A stretch of 64,000 nucleotides of DNA, taken from IMG/VR virus record IMGVR_UViG_3300010259_000001, positions 2,040-66,039 of that record; one strand, 5' to 3'. The position numbers and the translations under genes are program-made. The notes under the pieces were generated by a model, which did not search any database, was not told the DNA's origin, and was given only the letters and a program-made list of their open reading frames with translations. The stretch is from a virus. This document shows, piece after piece, positions 21,701 to 26,870 of this stretch; positions within the stretch are counted from its first letter, which is position 1; every line of letters begins with the position of its first letter.

Positions 21701-24700
21701 CATCGTTGTAGAAGTCGCCCAGCGTGTCATAGCCGTTGATGGTTCTGACAATACCCTTGAAACTATCGTCGCTCACGGTCTTGCCAAGTTTCACGGCTTG
21801 CTCGGTCTTGTTCTGCGACTTCATTTCCTGCTGGTTGAACTTCGCAAATGTCTCTGCCGTGTATGGCATTGCCTCATCGGGAACGAATGACACACGCGGA
21901 TGCTGCATCGCTCCCACCTGTTCAGCAGTGAAGCCAAACTTGGGCGCGTACTCTTTCAGATAGTTCACGTATGCGCCATCGGTATTGTCACGCGCTGCCA
22001 GTTCACCGGCCATGGTACGACCGTTGCCCGATAACACAACACCATCGTTGCTGACAACTGGAACACTCTGCAAGGCTCGCTGGTCATATTGACGCGCAAT
22101 GCTCTGTGTATGCTCCTGCGCGTCGTGGTCTCGCTCATAGTCGCGGTCGTTCACGCTGTTGTCGTTGGCATCCATCGGGAAACCGTCAGTCTTCTGCCAT
22201 GTTTCGGGATTGTGGCTTGGGGATGATGCACCACTCTCATGCAGGAGGTAATGACCTTTCAGCGGTGTTCCGTCGGGTAGCATGATTTCGTCGCGGTGTC
22301 CGTCAACCTTTGTGGCATTGTTCCACTTCTCGGTAATGGCTGGCATCGGGTTCTCGTTGCCAACTGCCTTACGCTCTGCCTCGGCTTGCTTGCGTGCCTC
22401 ATATTCGGCTTGTGCCTCTGCAACGGCTTCATCATGACGCACGGCATCCTCTGCCGCTCTGCGCTCGTTCTCCTCACGCTGTATATCGTTCTGAATGTTG
22501 CGCACTTGCTGCCAGTAGTCCAATACGCGCTGCGCCTCGTCAATCTTCTCTTGACGTTTCGCCTTTGCCTCGTTGTACTTCTTGATGCTGGTACCAACTC
22601 TTGGCATCTGTGCCGACTTCGCCTTGACAAGTGCGCTCTGCGCTGCCTGTGTCTGCGCTGCAATAAATTCGTTACCCTCACTGCGTGATAGTCCTGCCTC
22701 GTTGAAAATGTAGGCATGGGCGCGTTCGGGTGTGGTGGCTTGCCAGTCTTCTTCACCATCCTCACCAACAGGCATAGGCTCTGCCGTTGGCTGCTCAGTT
22801 GGTTGTGCAGGTGCTTCGGCTGGTTGTGTCGGTTGAGGCTCTACCGTCTGCACTGGCTCCTGTACTTGCTGTGGTGCGACTTCGGCTTGCAGCTCAACAG
22901 GTGGGGGAGTAGTCTCTACCGTTGCAGGTGTTTCAGCGGAGGCTTCTTGTACTGGTGCTGCTTCGGGCTGCTGTGGTGCAACATGGCTCACAACTTTATC
23001 AACGAGTTTGTCTTCATGGTCGTGCTTTACCTCGCCGTCCATGAAATACTCGATGATGTTTCCGTTTGCGTCGGGAACAAAACTGCCGTTCTCATAGCGC
23101 ACACGTCCCATCACCATTGCAGGTTTCTCGCTGCCGTCCTCGTCGCGGATAGTCAACTCCATGTCGGCTGTATAGTCGGCTGGAGCACCTGCCACACGTC
23201 CGTCTGCCTGTGGCTGTGCTGGTGTTGAGGCTTTGGGCTGCTGTGCTGCTGGTTCTTCGGTGATACCATGACGCTGACGATAGTCTGCAGATGCTTTCTC
23301 GTCTCTGATGCGCTGTAACTCTGAACGCTGGACGGTTGCTTGTGTGCCGTCGCCAAGTGCTACGGTGATGTTCTCACCGTCTGCATCGGTAGCGACAACA
23401 ACGGCTTCCTCACCAGTAGGCAATACCAACTGCTGACCAGGTACAAAGCGAACAGTGCCTTGCGCCTCGTCAATCTGTGCTTGAACGTACTCCTGTCTGC
23501 TACGCTCGATGTCGGCTTCACGCTGTTCTGCGGTTGTCACCTCACCAAGAGAAGATATGCCGGTATCAGCGGACGGGTCTATCTGCTTGCGCTCACCAGT
23601 GGCAGGGTTATATACTACGACAATGTTGTCACTCGATGCCTTGTCAACCATTGAGCCGTCGGGCATCATCTGCACATTGCCGTCAACGATATACACTTGT
23701 TGGTCGTTACCCTCGCTGTCTTTCTCTTTGAGAATGGCAGGGCGCAAAGAGCCGTCAGTGTGCTGCATCTGCTTGGTCTGCTCTCGCTGCTGGGCTACCA
23801 TGTAGGCTGCATCCTCGTTGATGCGCTGCACTACACCGTTCCATGCTTCCTGTGCTTCCGCATTGTTTGGGTCGGCAAGTTCTATGGCGATGTCCTGACG
23901 CTCCTGCGCGTCGGCTTCGTGTCCTCTGTTGAAAGCTGCGCTAACAGGGTCGCCCTGCTCACCATCGTCAATACCGAGTAATGCGGCTATCTGACTGTTA
24001 CTTGTTGGTGCATCGGGGTCAACAGGTGCTTCGCCACGTTCTGCGGCTTCCTCCTGCTTGCGCTTCACGTCGGCAAACAGGCGGTTGGCATATTCGTCAA
24101 CGGCTTTCTGCTCCTGCTCGCTTCGGCGGTTGCGCTCCTTGCGGATAGCCTTGTCAACATCAATACCAAATTCATCATTGATGGCTGCGCGTACTTCTGA
24201 TGAACCGTATTTGTCGCCAAGACCGTTGTAGGCATTAAGGATTTTCTCTGCCCACTCTAATTCAACTTCGTTCATTGCTTCGGTCTTGCGCTTCATGAGG
24301 TCGAACAAAAGGTTGGCAGGTGCGCCTGTTTCCTCTGCAACACTCTCGCAAGCCTCATACATGCGCTTGTTGTCGCCTTGCCAGTCATAATAACGCTCAC
24401 CCACGTCAAAGCCGTTCAACTCTGCTTGCCTGTTGATGCGGTTTGCTTCAACGTCTGCACGTTTCTTGTCACCAAACGAGCGACTGGTAATCACACCATT
24501 TGCACCAAAGGACTGCACGGTGTAACCTGTCACGTTGCCGTCTGCGTCCTTGTCTTCAAGGATGCTTGAACCCATGACGGTTGACATTGGCAGACCATGC
24601 CCTGTGAGGTAGTAATACATCTTGGCACGCGCCGCCTCGCTGACGCTGTTGTCTGTCATCAACTCGACAAAGCGGTTATATGGTAGTTCAGCCTGTCCGT

Positions 24701-26864
24701 CGCCTCCCTCAATCATTCTGCTTGCATCGGTGGTGGTAGGACGAGCCTTGTCATATTCTTCTTTGGCTTCGGCATAACGGCTGTATTCCTCCGTGAGGTC
24801 TTTCAAGTCGCCGTACCCTCTGCGTTCCAGTTCTTTCTTCTCGTCCTCAGTAAGTGCAAGGTCACCGCGTCCGTCAAGAATGGAACGTAAACGTGTCTCA
24901 AAACCAACCTTGCCGTTCTTGGAGCGTGCAAGGTCGTAGATAACACGCGGTGCAGACTTCAACAGATGTTGTGCCTTGAAACCTGCAATCATTGCCATGT
25001 TATCAGTCCAAACGTCCATCAGCGCGTCACCACGACTATTGCGAAGTTCCTCAATCTTGGCTGCACGTTCCTGTTCGTCTGCAATATAGTTGGGGCTGGT
25101 CTCATCAGACAGTGAGTTGATGAGGTCGCCATATTGTCCGTAGGTGTTGATTATCTCCGGCACGGCAAATATTGTTCCCTCTGCCACTGTACCTACACCA
25201 AGTTCACCGGCACGGATGCCCATCTTGCCAACGGTGCTTTCGGTGGCTCTGACAAGTTTGTCGCTTACATTGCCGAGGTATGGAGCAATTACACCAGTTA
25301 CTGCACCCATCATCAAGCCGTGTCCTGCACGCCCTGCCACATTGCCAAACGAGAAACCGTCCTTGCGTTCACCTGTTTCCTCGTCAATGTAACCTCCCCA
25401 CTTCATTTGGTCGAGAGCTTCGCTTCCTGCCTCGTATGTGCCGAAGTTCACAGCACCACCAATGGCTCCACCAAGCATACGACCTCCGAGCGTGGTGCCA
25501 AACTTACGCATGGCTGCTTCGCCAATCATCTTGCCACCGAGCCAAGTTGTGCCTTTAACGGCTGTACCACCTGTACCTGCAGATGCCCAAGTGAGAGGGT
25601 CTAAGGCAAAGCCTGTAACAGTTCCTGCAATACCTGCGACTTTATGTCCTTGCTTCTCAAAGCGTTGTTCTGCATCTTCGCGTGCTTCCCAGTCGCCTGT
25701 TGTTCCTGCTTGCGCTCTTGCCGCTGCTTGCATCAATGTTCCCATTGCGTTACCTGCGGCAACCTTGCGGATGAAGTATTCTGCTGCATCTTTAGGGGCG
25801 TTCTTGGCTACTGCAAGTTCATACATACGGCGGTCGCTCTGTTCACGCGCCATTTCCGTTGCTGCTTGTTGCAACTGCTGTTCTGTGGCTTGTGGGTAAC
25901 GGTTCTTCAGTGCGCCGTACATATCTTCGATGATGGACTGCTGTTTCTCCTTGCCAAGCATGTTCCAAGCATCATCAGCCATACGTTGCAGGTCGTGGTA
26001 TTTCAGATGAGTGGCAAATGCCTTGATGCCGGTGTCAACATTATCAGCACCCAAACCTCCTGTTACGCTCGTACCCTCCGCAGCACCACGGAGGAAATTG
26101 CTCCATGATGGTTTGCTACGCTCGTCCAAGTATCTACCAAACTCCTCATTAGATTTGTCCTCGGCTTGCTGCCATACCATTGCAGCAGCATTGTCGGGGT
26201 CGTACTTGTCGATTGATGCACCCACACGACGCTCAAAGTCGTTCTGTATGCGCTTCTCGCGGTGTCTGCGTCCCTCCTCGGTTGTGGCTTCCCACTCGTC
26301 ACGGTATTTCAGATTGAGGCGCGACTGCTCCAGCGGTGTTGCAACCTCATCGCCATGCGTCGTGTAATACCTGCGCTCCATCTTTCCGCTTTCCGGGTTG
26401 AACTTCACTTCGCTGGTCTTGCCCAAAGTGTTGCCCTTGCGGATATTCTCCATGCGAGTATTGAAGTCCTGCTGCGACTGCTTAACTTGGCGCATAGTCT
26501 CGTCCAACTGCATCTGCATACCCATCTTCTCCTGCCAAGTAGGTTGCCATCCACCTTGCTTTTGTGGCTGTTCATCCTGTTTGGGCTGTGTCGATGTGTT
26601 CACGGTCGGGTTTACTTGCCCTGTAGTCTGCTTGACTACCGGCTGTGCTGGTGCCGGTGCCGGCTTCTGCACTGGCTGAACCATCATACTTGCGAAATCG
26701 TCAGCACTACCAACATTCAAGCCTAAACTACGGCTCTTTTGGTAGTACCAATCGCGGTCTTCTTTATTGTCAAGGCTCTTTGTGAAGTCGTCGTAACTGC
26801 CAGTGTTTACGCCATTCTTCTTCATTTGCTCATAGAGCCACTTTCTATCGTCGTCATTCCACAT
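6774..26864 (-). CDS. giant multidomain (polyvalent-type) protein, 6,696 aa; probable virion-packaged anti-defence cargo
   Basis: Single open frame of 20,091 nt (ATG 26864 verified, TAA 6774). Modules separated by Pro/Glu/Gln-rich linkers; see the sub-features. I checked the residue-to-nucleotide mapping at two anchors: NVPF at 17193-17204 and DEAH at 14634-14645. Confidence 0.9.
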   Translation of the reverse strand: MWNDDDRKWLYEQMKKNGVNTGSYDDFTKSLDNKEDRDWYYQKSRSLGLNVGSADDFASMMVQPVQKPAPAPAQPVVKQTTGQVNPTVNTSTQPKQDEQPQKQGGWQPTWQEKMGMQMQLDETMRQVKQSQQDFNTRMENIRKGNTLGKTSEVKFNPESGKMERRYYTTHGDEVATPLEQSRLNLKYRDEWEATTEEGRRHREKRIQNDFERRVGASIDKYDPDNAAAMVWQQAEDKSNEEFGRYLDERSKPSWSNFLRGAAEGTSVTGGLGADNVDTGIKAFATHLKYHDLQRMADDAWNMLGKEKQQSIIEDMYGALKNRYPQATEQQLQQAATEMAREQSDRRMYELAVAKNAPKDAAEYFIRKVAAGNAMGTLMQAAARAQAGTTGDWEAREDAEQRFEKQGHKVAGIAGTVTGFALDPLTWASAGTGGTAVKGTTWLGGKMIGEAAMRKFGTTLGGRMLGGAIGGAVNFGTYEAGSEALDQMKWGGYIDEETGERKDGFSFGNVAGRAGHGLMMGAVTGVIAPYLGNVSDKLVRATESTVGKMGIRAGELGVGTVAEGTIFAVPEIINTYGQYGDLINSLSDETSPNYIADEQERAAKIEELRNSRGDALMDVWTDNMAMIAGFKAQHLLKSAPRVIYDLARSKNGKVGFETRLRSILDGRGDLALTEDEKKELERRGYGDLKDLTEEYSRYAEAKEEYDKARPTTTDASRMIEGGDGQAELPYNRFVELMTDNSVSEAARAKMYYYLTGHGLPMSTVMGSSILEDKDADGNVTGYTVQSFGANGVITSRSFGDKKRADVEANRINRQAELNGFDVGERYYDWQGDNKRMYEACESVAEETGAPANLLFDLMKRKTEAMNEVELEWAEKILNAYNGLGDKYGSSEVRAAINDEFGIDVDKAIRKERNRRSEQEQKAVDEYANRLFADVKRKQEEAAERGEAPVDPDAPTSNSQIAALLGIDDGEQGDPVSAAFNRGHEADAQERQDIAIELADPNNAEAQEAWNGVVQRINEDAAYMVAQQREQTKQMQHTDGSLRPAILKEKDSEGNDQQVYIVDGNVQMMPDGSMVDKASSDNIVVVYNPATGERKQIDPSADTGISSLGEVTTAEQREADIERSRQEYVQAQIDEAQGTVRFVPGQQLVLPTGEEAVVVATDADGENITVALGDGTQATVQRSELQRIRDEKASADYRQRHGITEEPAAQQPKASTPAQPQADGRVAGAPADYTADMELTIRDEDGSEKPAMVMGRVRYENGSFVPDANGNIIEYFMDGEVKHDHEDKLVDKVVSHVAPQQPEAAPVQEASAETPATVETTPPPVELQAEVAPQQVQEPVQTVEPQPTQPAEAPAQPTEQPTAEPMPVGEDGEEDWQATTPERAHAYIFNEAGLSRSEGNEFIAAQTQAAQSALVKAKSAQMPRVGTSIKKYNEAKAKRQEKIDEAQRVLDYWQQVRNIQNDIQREENERRAAEDAVRHDEAVAEAQAEYEARKQAEAERKAVGNENPMPAITEKWNNATKVDGHRDEIMLPDGTPLKGHYLLHESGASSPSHNPETWQKTDGFPMDANDNSVNDRDYERDHDAQEHTQSIARQYDQRALQSVPVVSNDGVVLSGNGRTMAGELAARDNTDGAYVNYLKEYAPKFGFTAEQVGAMQHPRVSFVPDEAMPYTAETFAKFNQQEMKSQNKTEQAVKLGKTVSDDSFKGIVRTINGYDTLGDFYNDAEASLGAVYDLHNAGVVPQAQLAEMVDGIRGQEKLSAVGREFLENMLIGKAFESDPEVVRMLTAEPAMRQTVITALGEIVDNIALGGDWSLQGELADAVKLCFDARQGGAKYGEIVSTYARQGVLFADPDELQTVADFNNATMLMLADVLNDKRVTLLKTTLQLYNNNARQSASGQTDLFAGGIQSREDILRDVITFINENYGKRKEIEAAREEAVERRKAESVQQDGTPPAVSTDGEATAEPSAEPAPVEAEPVEATEPVEAEPNAVQTALAAAEQETNTEPTEAQKEAGNYKKGHVKIDGYDVTIENPKGSVRRGTDASGKQWEQEMQNTYGYIRGTEGVDGDHIDVFFSEDPSQGDVFVVDQVNKDGSFDEHKVMYGFPDIESARKAYLSNYEDGWQGLGAITPVSKEEFKKWIDSSHRKTKPFAEYSSVKPLGDTQLGEQQTAGYSIEPTTYTNKKGKTTPMHLVTFGRELSKDEIRAGKELAKESRGWWDREKSGFMMRDEDSAKALAEALSNEEAMQDAQPLSVEDVATVTDQADMKAASETIKVEQEPQTTPQYDYDREDDVYDKTLTGLRNVLNDRKRGAIPNIKSIENVIRDLRKRAKTIEDGMATAAGETIPQAFDALANLNGKRRAYEQFLSDIRKKMAETERDDALAAHGVKLGDKIMYKGKEATIHDADARQVTLDVGLASVLYEVTDWENVELPKPVKEYHGGDRVFSVKHNANKDIFVAHHKDGTVEYTFTDGTKANADEVQDAMPMEQETPQSEQKEDVSEQNTASSEQEQPKQEEKKAKSKWVDDADAERFEELRRRLRMKLGGQLNMGLDPEAFAIGVEMSYLMLKHGARKFGEFAKNLIEALGEGIRPYVKTLYNGARDLPEMADIEKDMTPWDEVRSFDVMNFDKEGAKDIVATAEQIVREQAAEREAKEATDKLKQERNEQRKETEQEVAANTEALASEAATIASEVKSKLPSARSEREVNDLAKNIDDAIDKVNDQLALLGYYEAEPVESDFNEAYGYMRNAEKKAVKNVTELFKTLTKELGISDPVVYDTKGKKQKSVTANIAPAGGDVTMRFMLNRDKGVELYIDFMLEPDYENNRDNLVLKGIMFRPERNLPNGGRDYLRANNFFPVDVTMPQMLQGIRSVCQEWLPAEDYVAMAQRIAAENAGNQQEKPSKERKSKKKSESLQEQTIPDLFSGLFSEDLKPTSNEQEVHVQPRTSTTERERGHQREQNEPLGESKQNEDERPDAGGVVRRSGNDTKSDTAGGSRVSEPSDGKQNVKPAKPEPAPLAESERKNTHNNHAERGTDYAPKGTSARIEANIKAIETMQRLIESGEPATPEDMSVLRKFSGWGGLGAAFKEKVSSGDSGYNPRLRDDYQPSNPINARLRELLSPEAYEAANMSRNSAYYTPAPVIDAMWDVARAMGFRGGNVLEGSAGIGSIIGLMPTDMSERSNIHAVEIDETTGNILSLLYPDANVEVKGFEKTFVPNGSVDLAITNVPFVTGLRVMDETGDKDLSRKFHDIHDFCIAKNVRKLKEGGVGIFITSSGTLDSPNSAKLRTWLVNEGGADVVGAFRMHNQTFGGTGATSDIIVIRKRVNGRKSANAIDVSGTLPIRTVKYNTGETKRGSSEVIVKDLALDVNKHFVEHPEDMAGEMAFAFEKGDTYRATSKALYPSPSINQEQRLSEWAQQFKDMDWDKAEERESQQVVYEDLGEDVKEGSMLLDSDGNLCLAQRGKAVPINVNANKVKGHTKAECFNAYKAIKDALADVLEYQTTHSDDSGLQQRLAKLNKAYDSFVKTYGHLNKNTSISFLRSDMDYPSIAALESVSETGDKSGKRIVTYGKTDIFSRRVVETESEPKPTTIKDGIIASIYLNGRVDVPYIAEQLNMSDSDVRQQIIESGLGFENPTTTEMEVSYEYLSGNVREKLRQAQENNTDGRYDANIKALERVIPMNIPAHLIEFTLGSSWVEPKLYEDFVKERTGLDVKLTNAGGTWIMSEPYYTNTEQNKAMGVISEKCDKTILGHELIKAAITCKSISVTKTISTGYGSSKTTETIVDKEATMACANKIDEIRQDFKDWARGKMQGDPEMSERMERVYNELFNNSVPKEIPDDFVPEHFGGAATVVNGKPFKLRPHQAKAVIRATTQPLMLAHEVGTGKTYTLISTAMEMRRLGTARKPMIVVQNATVGQFVASAKALYPNAKILTLEDADRNAEGRRNFYAKIRYNDWDMIVVPQSVFERIPDSEERQIRFVEDKVEEKMMVLEKMREAANDDRDPVLRQAQRELDQLNDELNDLKLALQERKSGGNTEKDEKREAKTRQNAMVKAQEMLDRETDDVANFDDMGIDALLIDEAHEYKHLGFATAMQRGVKGVDPSYSKKSQGVYLKTQAVLENKNGKNVVFATGTPISNTAAEIWTFMRYLMPADTMREYGIYYFDDFVRNFGNIQQMLEFSTNGKYKENNRFAGYVNLPELVRIWAGVADTVLTREAGGVSDKIPKMDGEKAQDIYLPQTKALRGVMKFVKDQLDDYEKMSGKEKKENSHIPLVMYGIAKAAAVDARLVLEDAADEPNSKTNEAVRQTLRSLEDTKEYNGTVAIFADNYQNKATGFNLYEDIRKKLIDAGVPEAQVVVMKSGMSIKKKLEIFDKVNRGEVRVIMGSTFTLGTGVNIQERLHTLIHVDAPNRPMDYTQRNGRILRQGNLHNEWGIPVRVLRFGVEDSLDVTAYQRLKTKGAIADSIMEGKKMMSNSMENRVLEEEQDLFGDITAQLSGSQYALLKNQVEKEVKKLEARKKQWEADQTYVHNQKPRLKALIKDSEERAKRNKEALARVEAAKNDGITIGKMKFPSLDAMTDYLKDYNSKQREQQEQVRTASGYKSEAKSDLTVSVGGFDFHIHRVISKEQKQEKGQLSLSFFSKTQMTYSCPELGLEDVPVDGQRLKSALEDILENVLSGDDFREKAEYADRAAERYKGELQQVEARDGKPFEYADELKQAKEKLAEYEELMKAEMAEKEAKYAEMDASVEAAKGVQLSDEDSDDVTEDTAKYRIREDEPPTKTGIGYKVFVLKDGKLYPPMVANPNGEATPVGVWLDADAAPVAGVTKTGRQQVKAGGKGTQGGSGKLAYRPGWHLGEIPYALQFNRMNPETGQRELFPANFVWAEVEYANDVDYQEEAMSYGMNASGKFQHSLAGLPRLPENGSYRYRTNPDPNTDPWVITGAMKVNRILKPSEVDAMVEAAGREPQQRQAGAITDKQVEALNAKVKRTMQEDRDMMRSAVQQMGEKLHTDINIIEDVNEITHPNAAVQERRRKSKGWYDTATGQVNIVLDNNKNIDDVKASVGHETIAHKGLRELVGEENYDEFLDETYQHLRDDLKKGVDDAAGRAFIDDTTKNGKRAKSYEQHRRTAVDELFGRMAEKPFEEFSEGERTLWQKIKATVRRLLDKFLGSLKLPKWFELGDNELRYILWRSKERLERGKEHPIDLARDIVKREELGLTDEARYNMGDAPETFKARQRRAVENRGTVMPGLNGAKFKVVEVPRHQYQGRDVLTQARDAAIDRYSSFGDGKKRELKSLHYDNLGATFDYVISPKSLTEAANHASDSDNIGVHAAVMDKLDKVINESIEIEEHPDIKKKDGERKWDNGFNKGILMHRFAAAVRIGDEIYRVKTTMKEYENPQKANGHYTYEVTKIEVLDEQSNTPNGRSNVSDVFVSGVKLLNNLEKSYDSGKKILDESKIADESTDLFRDPDETEDIWNDQSLGLQERITAAATRLANNHRDNKTLRNDAMRAIGGNLSDLRKAMSLQRTFDMTTVKRVADLARVLMNNGYLNGLTQQEVKRLLAAVKNSVGHNDIEGDVQKVMDIMVDNQLKHAEDTLHELEAIRGSKVDARGVEVQGQLDPAGAHTMKVFKKTRGWEKTDIEEAISEAQQRMGSSDVAVADEAALEYTGLQLALEYAENIKDSKVEERKLREEIKQAHDDASERDRATDSYRQYIASLQEAIRQNKIERAQSYFDLVGRLSDSLRESIANAKDFKEAEKQRIREIQHNANSDMEGRPSDEHYKPTFADKFVNNSFVSFLFAPLATFDQMLRMFGGKSANGEGYLYNRFMRGWIDARQQEINGVRDKYAILDAKAAELFGGKVKTWGDLIRSVGKLPKGTVSFWNGGEMQERELTQGNLMYIYIVNKMLDGRMKLRKMGITEENVADIEEVLDPRLIELADWLQDEFLVQTRNEYNETHKRMFGASMAAIEHYFPLKILANARADKPEDLDNPDKSDGISTATGSIIKRRRNALALDITGADALSVILDHVAQMEHWNAFAEFNRDINTLRTYKRFRNQVQNMTTIYGSGKELWKKFNDVCQMAAGTYRPPRTKLDEAAVNFAKGVTAAKVSFRMFTALKQFLSMPAYIPEARTDYLLRNIANPAGAWKWSMEHLPIFSERWRSRMSGDPRLLKSDMDWKMWRTRLMQLASRAGMSPNAFVDALTVSIGAHSMYQTRLAQYLRDGYSEADAEKKAVQDAEVLYNQTQQSSEGAFTSTMQVDRSWLSVLFTVFRNASMSYQRQLHDALRNFKHNLTPGGRAGSIEFMTKQLLRDKGIEPQTDGNWSDADWQREEQVAKRKFRRQLLKDTLRVATFGYIMQLAWNLGAYLPYLLFGDDEDEKQKMWDDVWAHTTFGSVEGLTGGDLMSQAGQMMLTGEGNPAYLSKDMPLTSDIMAAFQKLGNGQHTEALNDMINLIVQAGLGVNPQSITDVALSIMDACGDDPTLAHEAIICISRILQVPQSQIDKMYFDEVGLSGDEVSKYTPAQLAERYAQFKVKRGRFFSPWSWGDEERIKKFTDKANKTIKERTEQMGDDKVNEAYLQYEEVYKGVDAKVKEAKKMAKTDYVEAAQLMAEAQSDPNAFATYQMFKQMDGNFNKIVKFYLGAKTPDEAALCRQAVLDYKSAMVKVLEAPDASTRADAMNSLGTVMQGFTQKYIPMQQPNR
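13515..15317 (-). other. SNF2/DEAH helicase domain (aa ~3850-4450)
   Basis: LRPHQAKAV; Walker A MLAHEVGTGKTYT; LLIDEAHEYKHLG; VFATGTPISNT; helicase-C GSTFTLGTGVNIQ...DYTQRNGRILRQGN. Confidence 0.8.
16875..17777 (-). other. N6-adenine DNA methyltransferase domain (aa ~3030-3330), COG4646/P1 DarB-like
   Basis: LRKFSGWGGLGAAF; AYYTPAPVIDAMW; motif I NVLEGSAGIGSIIG; motif IV DLAITNVPFV (NVPF variant of NPPF/Y). Confidence 0.75.
20430..20843 (-). other. family-I inorganic pyrophosphatase-like domain (aa ~2008-2145)
   Basis: TIENPKGSVRRG...NTYGYIRGTEGVDGDHIDVFF...DQVNKDGSFDEHKVMYGF parallels the PPase EIPKGS / YGFIP...DGDPxDV / DxKV blocks. The signature has His where Pro/Glu is usual. Confidence 0.6.
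20907..20978 (-). repeat. in-frame tandem EP(V/A)EA linker repeats
   Basis: Encodes AEPSAEPAPVEAEPVEATEPVEAEP. The DNA shows imperfect ~15-nt tandem units (ctctgcttctactgg / ctctgcctctactgg). Confidence 0.7.
21765..22352 (-). other. ParB N-terminal-like domain (aa ~1505-1700)
   Basis: VPVVSNDGVVLSGNGRTMAGELAARDNTDGAYVNYL resembles the ParB/Srx G-x-x-R-x-x-A core. Confidence 0.5.
22995..23702 (-). other. three short beta-rich SH3/Tudor-like modules (aa ~1055-1290)
   Basis: Repeated pattern such as QVYIVDGNVQMMPDGSMV..., VRFVPGQQLVLPTGEEAVVVATDADGENITVALGDGT..., MVMGRVRYENGSFVPDANGNIIEYFMDGE. This is an assignment by eye only. Confidence 0.25.
25155..25652 (-). other. Gly-rich hydrophobic block of giant protein (aa ~405-570)
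   Basis: AGIAGTVTGFALDPLTWASAGTGGTAVKGTTWLGGKMIGEAAMRKFGTTLGGRMLGGAIGGAVNFG...GLMMGAVTGVIAPYLG. This is glycine-zipper or membrane-insertion-like composition. Confidence 0.4.
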
Positions 26865-26870
26865 AGTCGA

